Shown in pieces: positions 13,620-26,868 of a stretch of 64,000 nt of DNA (positions are counted from its first letter, which is position 1; each line of letters starts with the position of its first letter). The stretch spans positions 35,764,213 through 35,828,212 of the forward strand of contig OZ234493.1 in assembly GCA_965153455.1 (NCBI GenBank), given 5' to 3'. The notes below the pieces were generated by a model. That model had not been told where the DNA came from. It searched no databases and saw nothing but the letters and a program-made list of their open reading frames with translations. A program made the translations under genes and the position numbers. Origin of the DNA: Sphagnum compactum. Taxonomy: Eukaryota.

Positions 13620-14309
13620 CACACTCATACCCTACTCATAACCCTACCAACCTATCATACTACTTACCCTACCTATCTATAGGTAGTAGGTAGGTAGGTA
13701 GGTAGGACTCATTTATATACATACCTAAAAAACCATGGTGAGTTTTTAAATGTTTTTAAACAAGTTGTTTGATGAAAAAAAATGAAAAATCTTCAAGATA
13801 TCATTCTTGTTCAAATGTATGAAATAATGAAGATTCAAATGCATTTTCAATCAAATTACCTAATATTTTTGTTAAATTTATTTTATAGATGTGTAGATCT
13901 TGGAAAAATCTTTAAAAATGAAATTTATTTCTTTTCATTTGGACAAAGTATGAAAAAAAAATGGTCAAAGTTGGGTACTTTTGTATGCAACAAAGGATGA
14001 TGTGAGATAATGTTGTAAATTTATCCCATATCTTTTGTCAACAAGTTCAACTTTGGAAATTATATAACTAGGTGAAAAAGTTTTGATCTACACATAATAT
14101 ATGCACCAAATATATTCAAAGTGAAAATTTTACTTGTGATGAGCCAATAAAAAAGGATTGTCACCAAAAAATAAATAGGATCCTACTTACATATCTACTT
14201 AGGCTTACCTACCTACCTACCAAATGGTTGCATTATATATATTTGATGGCATTTATGACTACAAACCTAGTCATGGGTGTAGTCATATTTGCCATGTTTT
14301 GGCGTAGTG
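13620..14309. mobile_element. CACTA right-end fragment
   Basis: Ends ttttggcgtagtg (reverse complement CACTACGCCAAAA), preceded by TATGACTA/TAGTCAT subterminal motifs and CCTA repeats like the 8667-10105 element. No matching left end was found, so the left boundary is approximate. Confidence 0.5.
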
Positions 14310-17300
14310 TTAAATCAGCCTAATTTAATTAGGGCTAAAGGAAAGACATTTTCATCATCATCAAACCCACATCAAAATTTGCCTATTAAGTCTAAATTTA
14401 TCGTTGGAGATGGGAGATCCAAGGGAGGGCTAATATTTGGTGATAGGTACTTAAAAAAACAACTAGTAAGGCCAATAGTGTGCCACTATTGAACTACTAG
14501 CGTTCAACTAGGTCAATGTGACTATTGCAACAACTTATTAATGTATTAACTTAATTTCACTACCCATTCATATTAATATGTCATATTTTATAAAAAATAT
14601 TGTTACAATAATTTGACTATTAAATATAAATTTTTCTTGATACATTTAAGTATTATGAACTTATTAATTATATTAAATAATGAACTAGATCAATTAATTA
14701 AGATATTAATCATTATCTCATCAATAATTACCATATCATTAATTATCTAAATTAACATGCAAACTAATTCTCTAGATACATATAATTAATTTAAATGTGA
14801 AACTAAAAACAATCATGTGTATATTAAATTTAAAGTTCATTTTAAGTGTAGTACAATGTATGGATATGACTATTTATACCTTGATGTTTTTACCCAAATT
14901 CATATTTATTAATTTTTTAAATGATGAATTATTTGTCAATAATTTATTATTTAATATGTAATTTACTTAATTATTCTGAACTAATTACTTAAACTGAATA
15001 ACTAACTATTAATATGATTTCTAAATAAATAGTTTGATTCAAATAATTTGTTAAATGTTAGTTAATTCAAATAAAATTTAATAAAAAATTTAAATTTCTT
15101 ATTGATAACTGAATAATTATATGAATTTAGATAATTAATCATTTGATAATAAATTATCTGAAATAAAACATAAATTATTTATTTCAAGTAACTAATTAAC
15201 AAATTAAATGAATTATTCTAAGTTTGATTACTTCAAACAATGTTTTATTTGGTTAGTTACAACAATTAATTATCTCAATGTTTAAATTAGTAACTTAAAT
15301 TAGTTGAATTAGACTAATTAATTTAGGCTTAAACTAGTTCATTGGTTAATTAAATGAAATAATTGATCCAAATAATTAATTATCATACATGTAATTCAAA
15401 ATTTCGAAATTTTGATAATTATTTCAAATAATTACAAAACAGATTTCATGTGAATGGTCTACCTAAGAACATCATGAAGATCATCATTTTGCTAACGTTG
15501 TCAAGTTAAATGATAAAATGTTATGATGGATAATTCATTTTCACTATTGATTTAAATACATTGTTTTCTGATTTTGATTAAAAACTATCCATTAAAATAT
15601 TACAAAAAGTTGAAATTTAAGGTTTTTAAAATATGTTTTGATATTTGATTTAATTAATAGAAACTATTTTTATTTTCTTTAATTTTGATTAAAATCGTTA
15701 TTAAATTTAAAATATTGAAAATAATAGTTGTTAAAAAATTCAATTTAATAATGAATATAAATCCATATCAAATTAATTAAAAATTGTATGGATGTCGAAT
15801 ATGGTTTAACAATTTAAAATACACCAAATCCACACATTGTTCACATTCCTTTCATAGGAAACAAAATATTGAAATTTAACATGTCTAAAAAAAGTTGCAA
15901 TTGTGATTTGTAGGTCAAAAAATTGCAATTGTGATTTGTAGGTCAAATCATTTGATATGATTCATCAAATTGACGTGCTTGTTTTTATGACAACACTTTC
16001 ATCTTTTATCATCATATTAATATTCAAAAATTATGTCAATATTGATAGTTTTGAGGGTTTTCATAACTTGCAAAAATATTATTTTATCTTCAAATAATAG
16101 GAATTCACTAATTCTTATATTATAACTTTATTAAGATTTTTCATTGAGAAGCAATGACAAATTTTGTAGTGATAAAGTTTTGCTCATCTATCCATATATT
16201 AAGTCATGATGATTCACATAATATGAATTTATTTACCTATATGATGATTAACATCAATCTATTATTTTTTCCCACTTGCATTTTGACTTGTAAGATGATT
16301 CACATTAATCTATTGCACATTTCAAAGTTTTCTTATGTTTTAGCTTTCTACTATGCAATATATTTAATTATCACTTGAGATCTTTTCATGTTACATGATT
16401 ATGTTCATTCTTGTTCATTTAAAAGCATTTTTCATAGTCCAATTCAAGAAATTCATGGACTTTTGCATCACTCAATTGTTATTTAAAATCTTGCATGATT
16501 TTATGAAATAGATGTTATTATTTGAAAATCATCTATCATCACATGCCATCACAGAATTGTTCATTTCAGATCATTTCTCGCAGAATTTTATTAATTTGCT
16601 TATATTCATTCATTGATTTCTCCTATTCATTAACCATCAATTATGTTTCATGTTTCCTATAGGATCAACTAAATCCGAATGTGTCAAAAATTCACCCACA
16701 ATGTAAGAACCTTTCAAAACCTCACCCTCTACATATGCAATACTTAGTTTAGATATTCATTTCTAGTTGATGAAAAGAAAAAAATGGCACTTGGTGGTCA
16801 CCAGGTGCCATTTTCGTCGAAAATGAGGAAAAAACAAGCACCCGGTGACCACCAACATCACAAACTTCTTGGGGAAAAATAATTTTGTAAAAATAATGGG
16901 AATTGGTATATAATGTAAATTGGATCAAATGTCATTTTTTAGTTATTTCAACAAGTCTTAAAATTATATTTTACTATCATAGTATCAACATAAACATAAT
17001 TATTTTTAAAAATGATATAAATTAAAAATCACCTTGAGTGGTAAAATTTTGCATTTGTGTCATGAAAATAATGGTAAAATGACAAACCATTATTCTTTTC
17101 ATCATCATAATCATGCAATTAATAAGTCAAAGTCATTGTTCATTATGTTTATATATTTTCAACAAACATTTTATCAACAATAAAGTAATAAAGTGAAAAA
17201 CATACAACAATGATGTGAAAAAAACTTAACAAACAACATAAATATAATGAATCATTATAATCATATTGAAATTTTGCTTAAGGAAGTTTGTGATGAGGTG

Positions 17301-17376
17301 CCCTTCTAGTCAATGACGAGGACAAAAGGGACTTTGTGACATTAGTTGCCTTAAAATTCCATAAATAGGAAAAAAA

Positions 17377-17746
17377 TGCACTTGGTGGCCACCAAGTGCA
17401 ATTCTCGTCAGTGATGAGTAAAACAGAGCACCTGGTGGCTATTGAGTGCAATTCCCGTTGACGACAAGTAAAACACAACACTTGGTGGCCACTAGGTGCC
17501 TTCTTAATCCAAGAAAATAAATAAAAAACTTGGTGGCCGTTAGGTGCCATTTTCATCAATGATAAGAAATAAAAACACATAGTGGCCACTAAATGTTTCT
17601 TTGTTTTATTATGAAGAAAAAAAAGATCTAGTGGCCACAAGGTGCCTTCTTAATCTAAGAAAAGAAAAACAAAGAACCTAGTGGCCGCTAGGTGCCATTC
17701 TCATTGAGGATGAGAAAAAAAAACACTAGGTAGCCACTAGGTGCCC
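17377..17746. repeat. Array of 8 palindromic ~22-bp repeats at 48-50 bp period (outliers at 16781-16860 and 17930-18003)
   Basis: Perfect 24-bp palindrome tgcacttggtggccaccaagtgca at 17377-17400. Palindrome centres fall at 17388, 17438, 17488, 17536, 17585, 17634, 17684 and 17733. Confidence 0.85.
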
Positions 17747-18003
17747 TTACATTTGATTATGAACAAACATTACAACAAAAGGTGTCCCTATACGCAAAGT
17801 GAAAATTTCATTAGATTATGAGTGAATTCTTTGGTTATAATGAATGGGACTTAGTGGGGAAGCAATGAATTCATTGGTCTAGTGAACGAAGATTAGTGAA
17901 TTGCACCCACATTTTGTAGTAATGAAAAAAAAGACTTGGTGGCCACCAAGTGCCTTTTTAGTCCAAAAAGAGATTAAAAAGAACCTGATGGTTGCTAGGT
18001 GCC

Positions 18004-19820
18004 CACTACAAGAAATCATGGCCTTTTGGATTGGGAATTTTAGTCAAAAAAACGCTCCATATGGTTTTTTTGCCCCCATGTCCAACTTGACCAAAATGTC
18101 ATTCTAGACAAATTGTTTTAAACTTGATCATTTTGACTTGGTCTTTTAGGTTGGTTTTTTTGACCAGGTTTTTTTTATTGAACCACCATGACAATAATAT
18201 AATTTGGGCAGTGATCAAAAATTATATTATTTGAATTTTTTAATTTAAAACTTATATCAAAATACTAATTAATTAATTACCTACCCTACCTACCTACCTA
18301 ATTAATAAACCTAATAATTACTTAGGCCAAAAAACAATTTATTTATTTACCCACCAACTTTATGTCCTAGGCCTAAGTTAAACCATCTAATTTAACCACT
18401 TAGGCTAAACCAAACCACTTAGGCTAGGCCAAATAGATTACGCTAAGTGGTCTCATAGACTTTGCAACCTAGGCTACTTAGCTAATTAAGTCATCTAAGT
18501 AGCCAAGGTAGCCTAGGTTGCATGTGTGGGGCTTTGAACTTCTCACCTTCACATTGAAAAGTTAAGTTCTGAACCATTGCACCAACACCCCATAAAGTGA
18601 TTTTTTTGGACAACGTACATATTGTAATGAACATGATTTTGAACAACCTATTTTAATCAACTTTTATGAATTTTTCAACATATTACACTAATTGAATTTG
18701 AATTTTTTTACACTACTTACATATATAGGGGTACCTATTAATGCATCTATTTAGGTAACATGGAGGTTATAATCTATTAGGCCTTATAGGTACTTACTAG
18801 GTTTATGCTTATACCTACCTAGTAAGCTACCTATGCCCATCCTATTTAGTAGGCTACATAGGTACCTATTAGCTTATTAATAGATCTAGCCTAGGCATAC
18901 TAGGTCGGTAGCCTAGCCTATTCAGTAGGTTTAGGCTTAAGTTACCTACCTAATACTAGGTTAGGTTACGTACCTAGGCATAAGTGGCCTAGCCTAAGTT
19001 AGCTACAAACCTACTTAGTAAGCTTAGGTGGCTTGGGTAGCATAGGTTAGGTTATGTACCTACCTAGTAGGCTTAGGTTAGGCTATGTACTTACCTAAGT
19101 AAACTAAGTTAAGCTACGTACCTAGGGAGCTTAGGTTAGGCTATCTATTTGCCTCGGTAGCCTAAATTACGTTACGTACCTACCTAATAGGCCTAGGTGA
19201 AGTTAACTTAAGCTACCTAAGCCTAGGTTAGGCTATGTACCTACCTAGGTTAGGCTAAGTATTTGCTTAGGTAGCTTAGGTTAGGCTATGTACATATTTA
19301 ATAAACTTAAGTGGCCTAGGTTAGTTAGGCTATGTACATACTTAATAAACTTAAGTGGCCTAGGTTAGGCTACATACCTTGTAGGCCTAGGTGACCTAAA
19401 TTAGGCTATATACCTAATAAGCTTAAGTGGCTTAAGTTAAGCTATTTACCTTATAGGTCTAGGTGGCCTACATTATGTACGTAACTACTAAGTAAACTTA
19501 GATAACCTAGGTTAGGTTACCTACCTAGTAGGCCTAGGTAGCTTAGGCTACTTACCTAGTTAGTAGGATAGGCTACAGGTCTACTTACTAGGCCTAGGTG
19601 GTTTATGTTATTTACTAAATAGGCTTAAACTATGTATTTATAGAGGTTTTGGTCAAAAGGTAAAAGTTTAATAAAAAAATATAAATGTCTTGTTAAAAAA
19701 TAAAAGTTTAGTTAGGAAATATATAGGTTTGTTTTGAGAAGTAAAGGTTTAGCTAGGACAAGATAGAAGGTAGGTAGGTAGGGTGAGTAGGGGGATTGCT
19801 TGTTAGTTGGTAGGTAGGGC
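18004..19820. mobile_element. Non-autonomous CACTA-like element, copy 2 (right end not found)
   Basis: Starts with CACTACAAGAAA (18004-18015), the canonical En/Spm terminus; homologous to 1578-3100. Confidence 0.75.
18519..18591 (-). pseudogene. tRNA-like module inside CACTA copy 2
   Basis: 73 nt: GGGGTGTTGGTGCAATGGTTCAGAACTTAACTTTTCAATGTGAAGGTGAGAAGTTCAAAGCCCCACACATGCA. Confidence 0.55.
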
Positions 19821-22639
19821 TAGGATGAAAAAAACGCAACCCATCATCCATCCTATGGACAGAAAGGCCAACTGGTGCAGTGGTGGGTTGCTGGTTCAGT
19901 CTGGCCAGTAGGTAACTGGCAAGAGCTGACTGGTTAGCGATTCCGGGTTTACGTGTGGGTGGGGGGGGGGGGGGTCCTGAAATTTGGGGTTTAAAGGAAA
20001 ATTCTGTCTGGGCAGATGGGCAGGTGACTGGAAATTACAAAGGAAAACTTTGAAAAGATGGCCTAGAAAGAATAAAGAAGAAAGAACTCGCTGGGCTGCT
20101 CATGAGTCTAGGGTTACTGCAGTGTACAAGCTTTCTTCTATGTACAAGGGACGGATCTCTTCAGTCAGCTAGCTCATCAGCGTGAGCGAGATTCACATCT
20201 TCGCCGCGCATTTTAATGACAGCCATCGCAACCCATGTGATCGATCATCGCACCCATCGCGCCCATCGGCGCCCATTATACGGAAGTTGTAGTGGCGGGA
20301 GCTTTATATTGGTATGGAATCGAATGGAGGAGTTTTGCTATGCATCCAAGCCTCGTAGTAGTAGAAGCGATTTCGCGACCGTTGTTATTTCGTAGCTCGT
20401 CAGCTTCACCTAGCGCTGCGCTTCATTTCGCTTTTTTATTTTTATTTTGTTCCAGCTTGGTTTTTGGTGATCAAAAGAGTTCCAGCGCGCCCCCAACCCT
20501 GCAGCATTCAACGAAAACACCACGTCCTCACACCAGGTGCGGAAAGAAATTCCAACTTGTCTTTTGATGATTCCTCGCCCCGATTGTCTCGATCCGTTTG
20601 TTGTTGTTGTCTGTATCTCTGACCTTGCAAGGCATTACCCTCGGCTTGTAGGAAATGCTGTGAGAAAGGAAAGCATGATTCAATGCAGAAGTGGATTAGG
20701 TGGTGCCCACTACATTATACTTGTTTCTCCTACAATAGTAACTCTGTCAATTGCAGTAGCTAGGGTTGATAGGCATATTCCTCAGAGTCACACGATTTGA
20801 CCCAATCTTTGCATTGATAAGAAGACCCACAAATCCTCAAATCCTTCAAAACTGCAATAACGTCATAATCAACATGTTCCATTAGTTTCAGGGTTTGAAA
20901 ATTCCTGAGCAATCCTTACTGAAAACCCCAGTGAGCAAATCCTCACACCATTCCTTGAAGTTTGGTTCAAGTTTCAAGCACAAATATTTTGTTGAGTTTA
21001 CCCCATGCATTAGGGTTAGAGATTCTGTCAGGGGAGGATTTGCATCTTTAGAGTCATGCACTGTTGTTGCCATCACTGTATATATACATGCAGTATTACA
21101 TGCATGAATATGAAGTATGGATAATTGGGGAATGCCAACATTATATGTGCAGTTTTCAATTCAAATTGCATGAGATGCAATCTAGCAGCTAGTTTTTACT
21201 CATGATAGCAAATCAAAACTCATGTACTGGGGTCATTGGGTCACCCAATCCTCCTGGATAACAGTGCTGCATGTTGGACAGCATGTTGTTGTCATGTTGA
21301 AGAAGGTGTTCTTGGGCCGGGAGCTCCCTGCCAGCCATGAGTATGTGAATACAGTTTTGCTCTAGCACAATTAACCATGCACATATGAGGCTAATAAATG
21401 TACAACCCCAGTGTCTGCAAGGTGCTGCATTTGGGTTTGGCATTTCAGGTCTTGTGAAATCGTAGTCTGCTCTGTTTTCGCACCTACACATGTCTAGGGC
21501 TAATATATTATGCAAAAAATGTCTGGGTGGCATGTACCCTAAATCATTCTGTGAGCTCAATTGTGCTTCTATTGGCTTCTCTTGCAAGTTTTTGGATTTA
21601 GCAATAACCATAGTTTCATGTCCAATGACATCTTTGAAAAATGTTCGCAGCCAAAATATGCAGTTTTAACATGATTTTTACGCTCATAAATTTGCGTTCC
21701 AATATTTCAGATTCTGCCAACTTTGGGGTAGTTGATAGTCAGTTTTATAGTTTCTCAGAACTTTGTAGTTAGATAAAGAGTTTTATATATCTCAAATGGC
21801 TAGCCCAATTAGTCTTTTAATGAGTGATAGTCAGTCTGATTCAATATCTCCACTAAATTGAACCAGAGTTTTGCTGAAATATTTTTGTTTGGTGTTTTCT
21901 CTGTCGTTTGTATCTTCAAAACAATAATCAAAAGGTTTTTCAATTCTGAGTGGGGACCTTTACAAAGCCCAACTTTTTCTCAAAAGATCATGCTTGTACA
22001 GTTCTTTATGCCTTTTCTCTCTTCTCTTCCTCTTTCCTTGTTTGATTCTTTTTTTGTTGTTTTCTTATTTATCATGTTCCTCTTTCATCTTTTTTCTTTT
22101 GGCTATCTCCATCTCTTCGTTCCTTTTGTTGAGCTAGCTGGCATCATCAGAGAGTCTTTCCTGTCACTACTGGTCTGTCACAAATTGACCTAGACCCACT
22201 GCTGGGAGCTACTGAAGTCAGAGGGGATGTTATGGTAGCTGCTCACTACCATACATGCTGAAAGTCACTGAACATGCATGTGACTGTTGCTGTTGTCCAA
22301 ACTGCAACTCAGTCTTCCATCTTTTCGTCACTTTTGGTCCCTTTTCCTTCCTTCTTTCTCTCTTGTGCATGGAGATGTTGGATCTCAAATTTCTGAACTT
22401 TTTAATGTCCAATCATCTCCCCATTCTAGTCAAGTTGACTGAAACCATACAGATGAAGAAGTTCCCTGTACTAATGAAGATATATGTATATGTTCTGCAA
22501 TAAAGGCAGCATTGTCTTATCTCATTGTATGTGGCAAAGTTGTCAGGCCTGCCCAGAACTGGAATCAGTCAAGGATCTGGGCTCTGAAAGTCTTTCCTGA
22601 ACATTGTTTAGATGGCTGAAGCAAAGCTGGATCATGGGT

Positions 22640-23700
22640 TTTGACTGCCAGAGAATCAATGGCAACTTGAAGTTCTTTAGTTTTGAACAGTCAGCTGCTG
22701 TCAGTAATAGCAGAGATTGAGTTTGACGTCGAAAGACTCAAGAGACTAGAGCATGCCAGAAATGGGGAGTTGAGGTCAAACTCATACACTAAGAAGGCTC
22801 CCTCAGCTAAGAGGCCTATGGTTTCATTCTTTAAGTCGCTAGAGGTACACATTCCTCTTCTCGGTATAGACAATATACGAAAAATAAATGCTCAGCCTGC
22901 AATGTCCAATAATGGCGCTAAAATAGTAAATCTATTAGCACCACAGCTAGTGGCATATGACTTTGAATCTAACAGGCATGGCCTTGTTACCTTTTGGAAT
23001 GGGGATCCCTTAACGTTAATAACAAAACAACTATAGTAGTGGTAAAATTGTTGGAAGAAGAAAAACGAGCCTCAGAGAGACTTGCTCTGCCTTCTTGGGG
23101 GACGGAGGTCCTCCAGTAGGTAATAGCATAACAAGCACTTTACCAAAGGGGACCAGCGCTTATATTTTGCCGGAGTCTTGGCTGCTCGCAAGGGATGTTG
23201 AGGAATTCTGGCAGAAACTTAAAGGTCATAGAAAATTGACTTACGGTGGAAGTGGAAATATTATAGTTGTTTATTTGACCTAAAGATCTACAAAACTGCA
23301 TATCACAAAATCAAATCCAAATATGAGAACATGACTTTGGGAGTCGATTATTTCACTCTTGACAGTTAGGGACGTGATTTGTCTTATTGAAGGACAGACC
23401 TTTTCAGGTCCAACCGACCTGAAGAAAATTCATTCCAAAAGCTAAGGGGAAGATGCGTTTTTTTAAAACACCTTTCCCCATTGGCAAGATAATACAAGAA
23501 AGGATCAAAATGGTCCTTGAGCCTGTGTTTGAACCGAAAATGGTTGATGAAAGCTATGAGTTCAAACTAAGAAGATCTGCACATTTGACACTAAAAACTA
23601 TCTGCAAATAGACCAGTATTACCTGGCTGATTGAAGAAGAATTTTTTTTTTAAAGCATAATTGACGACGCATCCATAAAACCATGTAACTCATCTGTATA
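22640..23700 (+). pseudogene. Decayed group II intron with reverse transcriptase/maturase ORF remnant (probable organellar insertion, NUMT)
   Basis: YKTAYHKIKSKYENMTLGVDYFTLD (23289-; RT0-like). RKFIPKAKGKMRFFKTPFPIGKIIQERIKMVLEPVFEPKMVDESYEFKLRRSAHLTLKTICK*TSITWLIEE (23423-23638; RT1-RT3-like). Upstream GDGGPPVG and GAAA-capped hairpins fit the intron RNA domains. Stops and frameshifts are present, and it truncates before YADD. Boundaries are approximate. Confidence 0.8.
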
Positions 23701-25125
23701 CTGTTGGCAGCCTTATACAGCCAGGGCTGGCTTTAGCACAAGCCGAGGACTGCAGTGGTAGATTAGTGGTTTGAAGGTTAACAAGTTGAAGGAAGCTGTT
23801 TATTATACTATTTTTTGCTTTATTAGTGACTGCAGCTTTCCTATTTGGGTTTCAAATTGGAAGAAAGTTCAAAACTTGTGAGCAGAAATAGAAGGCAGTT
23901 ATTGTTGACAATGTTAAGTTTTCATAATCTTCAGCTGGTGCTTTCTTATACTGCAAGTTAAATTGTCCTGGAGACAAGGTATATGATTGCCTGACACTGT
24001 TCCAGCCTGAATACCAGCTAGATAGTGGAGACATCTGTTGGTATTATAACTTGATAGCCCTAATGATTATCAAAGGTCTTGGCACACAGGCACTTTAGCT
24101 GGGTGGACTATTGGGTGCTGTCTCAGTGGAGTGAGAGGTAAACACTGTACATGTGCAACCTAAATAGCAATAATTTTATCATTGCTAAGTTTGCATCAAC
24201 CTGTGTTTGCAGGTGATGAAGCTCTACTATTGATGAGATGGCCAACTGACAAGACTTGAGATTGTCCTTCTTTAGACATCAACAGGCATCTATGCATTGG
24301 GTTGTGGAGTGCACATGTCGATCATGATAGAATTGGTTGTGAGGAGCATGCATTTTTTGTTTAGGGTGCATGCTCATAAAGTTGTCTCTCTGTTCTAGTG
24401 AGTTTTGTATCTGGGCCCTTGACCTGAGTAGTTTCTATGTTTTTAGTGATTGTAGGAGGGAGAATAGTTACAAAGCATTTGCAGTTCTGAATCAGCTTTG
24501 TGCACAGCATTGTTAGTAACTGTGATGTTTCATACTGAACCTTTGTGTTTCTGGTTTTACTCTTCATTTTCCTTTGTGGCTTCTAGTAACATGTAGGATT
24601 GCAGAACTTGTTATTGAAGTGTGGATCTTTCAAGGAATATAGTTCTCTGGTCATCATTTTTCCAGGAACTCAGTTTGGAGAGTGGTTGAGTTCCAGAGTT
24701 TTTGCAGCATACATGAAGCTTGTATCCTTTTCCAGGAGAATATTGTAGGTATGGTGTATGGCGGGGGGAAGGTGGACATGGCTGGATCCATGTGAACTCT
24801 GAAGTTCACTGCCTTAGGCTGAAACTAATCTTGGAATAGGCCACCAGCTAAGAGTGATTTCAAAGGCACATTGAGCCCACTTCCAAAAGGAAGCAACTCT
24901 GTGCTGCCAGGGTGACAGTTTTTCATTCAGGGATGCTCTGCATGATTTTTCTTTCTTTTCCCCGATCATGCACTGTCAGCTTCATAGGTCCAAAAGTCAT
25001 TGTCCTGATGAATGTTTCAGATGTCATCAGCATCCATACTAGGATTTCATGAACTATATTACAATAGGTGTAGTCTTTAACTAGTACTCAATCCTACACA
25101 ATTTCAACCATCATCATACTTTCAT

Positions 25126-25810
25126 GTTGAAGCATGGTGATGATTTGACATTGGGGGGAAGTTTTGTACTGTTAAATGTTTCTGTGTGTTATTTGTGCAG
25201 ATGTATGGCAATGGTTTGACATTGGGCTGAAGGTTTGTAGTGGTGGTATGTTTGCATGTTATTGTTGAAATATGGTGATGGTTTGACATTGGGTTGAAGT
25301 TTTATAGTAGTGGTATTCCTGCATGCTATTGTTGAAATGATGTGTTGGTTTGACATTGGGTTGAAGTTTTGTAGTGGTGGTATTTCTGCATGTTATTGTT
25401 GAAGTATGGTTATGGTTTGACATTGGGTTGAAGTTTTGTAGAGGTGGTATGGCTGCTTGTTATTGTTGAAGTATGATGATCTGGTTTGACATTGGGTTGA
25501 AGTTTTGTAATGGTGGTATCTCTGCATGTTATTGCTGAAGTATATAGTGACAGTGTAGTGACAGTTTGACATTTGGTTGCAGTTTTGTATTGGTGGTATT
25601 TCTGCATGTTATTGTTGAAGTTTGGCAATCTGGTTTGACAGTGGGGTTGCAATTTTGTATTTGTAGTATCTCTGCATGTTATTGTTGAAGTATAGTGATG
25701 GTTTGCCATTGGGTCGATGGAGTTTTGTAATGATGGTATTTCTGCATGTTAGTGCTGAAGTTTAGTGATGGTTTGACATTCTGTTGCAGTTTTGTGTTGG
25801 TGGTATTTAT
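25126..25810. repeat. Tandem repeat, ~10 x ~68 bp
   Basis: Unit gttattgttgaagtatggtgatggtttgacattgggttgaagttttgtagtggtggtatttctgcat. Confidence 0.9.
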
Positions 25811-26868
25811 CTACATTATGATAAATTTTGATTGAAGATTGTAGGTGTGAATTGGTACTTGTCATTATATAATTGTTCCAAGGAATGATTTTGCGAGGAT
25901 TGTAATAGTTATGAGAATCAACAAATATTGTTTCTTAAAGAGTCAGTGGTTACAGGCACATTGCAGCTGTTGGTCAAAGGCCTTTCAGTTGATGTTGATC
26001 AACTGATGTGCTTTCTGCAACATTGCATGATTGAAAATTATCCTGTGCAAGGTTTGCAAATAGGATCTGTTGTGAATAATTTATTTACTCAGGTTTTTTT
26101 AATCAACATGAGTACTTCAACTCTAGTCTCTCACCCAGAGAAGAGAATATCCTTCAATACTGCAACACTGCAACTGGTCTAGTGTTAACTGCCTTGCTTC
26201 AGTTTGGTCCGAGTTCTGCATGATCTCTCATGCACATTCTTTGTGATCTGCAGATGCAGGAATGGACAGACATATCATGAAAACAAATCAAGTCAGTTGC
26301 AGCATATAGTTGATGCTGTGCACCACAGTCAAACTTCAGGAGCAGGTGGGCACTCAAGTTTTTCAAAGCTTTTTCGCAAAACTGCAGTCTCCACTCCAAG
26401 ATTGAGTTGCAAATTCGATTATACTGCAATTGTGCAGGTCAGTAGTGCACACCCTCAAATGAGATATAGAAACAGAGATATTAGCATCATGACCAAACTT
26501 CTACTCACCTCAATCAATTGCTGTTGAACTCAAACTTGCAGGAATTGCAGCGTTTCGAGTGAGTACTGCAACTTGACTTGCAGGAATTCAATTGCAGTGT
26601 TTGAGGGAGTACTGCAACTTTGTTTTGAATCTGCAGAGATTTCCTCAAGAATCCAAGGTCAGACACTGCAATCCAGCCATCACTGAAGACAATCTATCAC
26701 CAGAAAACATGTATCTTTTACCTGGCAAATCTTTGAAGCTGTTCACTGAAATGCTTATGTCGACCAGTACCCATTTCAGCTTGGACTGTCAGCTGGTGCC
26801 CATGTGACAATTCAAGATCTGCATGTATGAATTGGATTCATTTTTTTGTCGTCACAAAAGAATACTAA

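Noticed and set aside
17377-17746. True CRISPR array
   Set aside because: Eukaryotic context with no cas genes; the repeats are degenerate and the spacers are related to each other (3/6, 4/7).
20287-20294. ttgtagtg as the right TIR of the CACTA element starting at 18004
   Set aside because: Only 8 bp match, the TSD mismatches (gcc vs gcg), and there are no subterminal repeats.
20565-20622. C/D box snoRNA (TGATGA...CTGA); similar at 24213-24249
   Set aside because: Too short, with no terminal stem and no recognisable rRNA antisense element.
22683-23036. 117-aa ORF as an independent gene
   Set aside because: Lies in the structured 5' part of the group II intron relic; no separate homology recognised.
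25410-25709. 99-aa ORF with internal repeats
   Set aside because: Product of the 68-bp tandem array.
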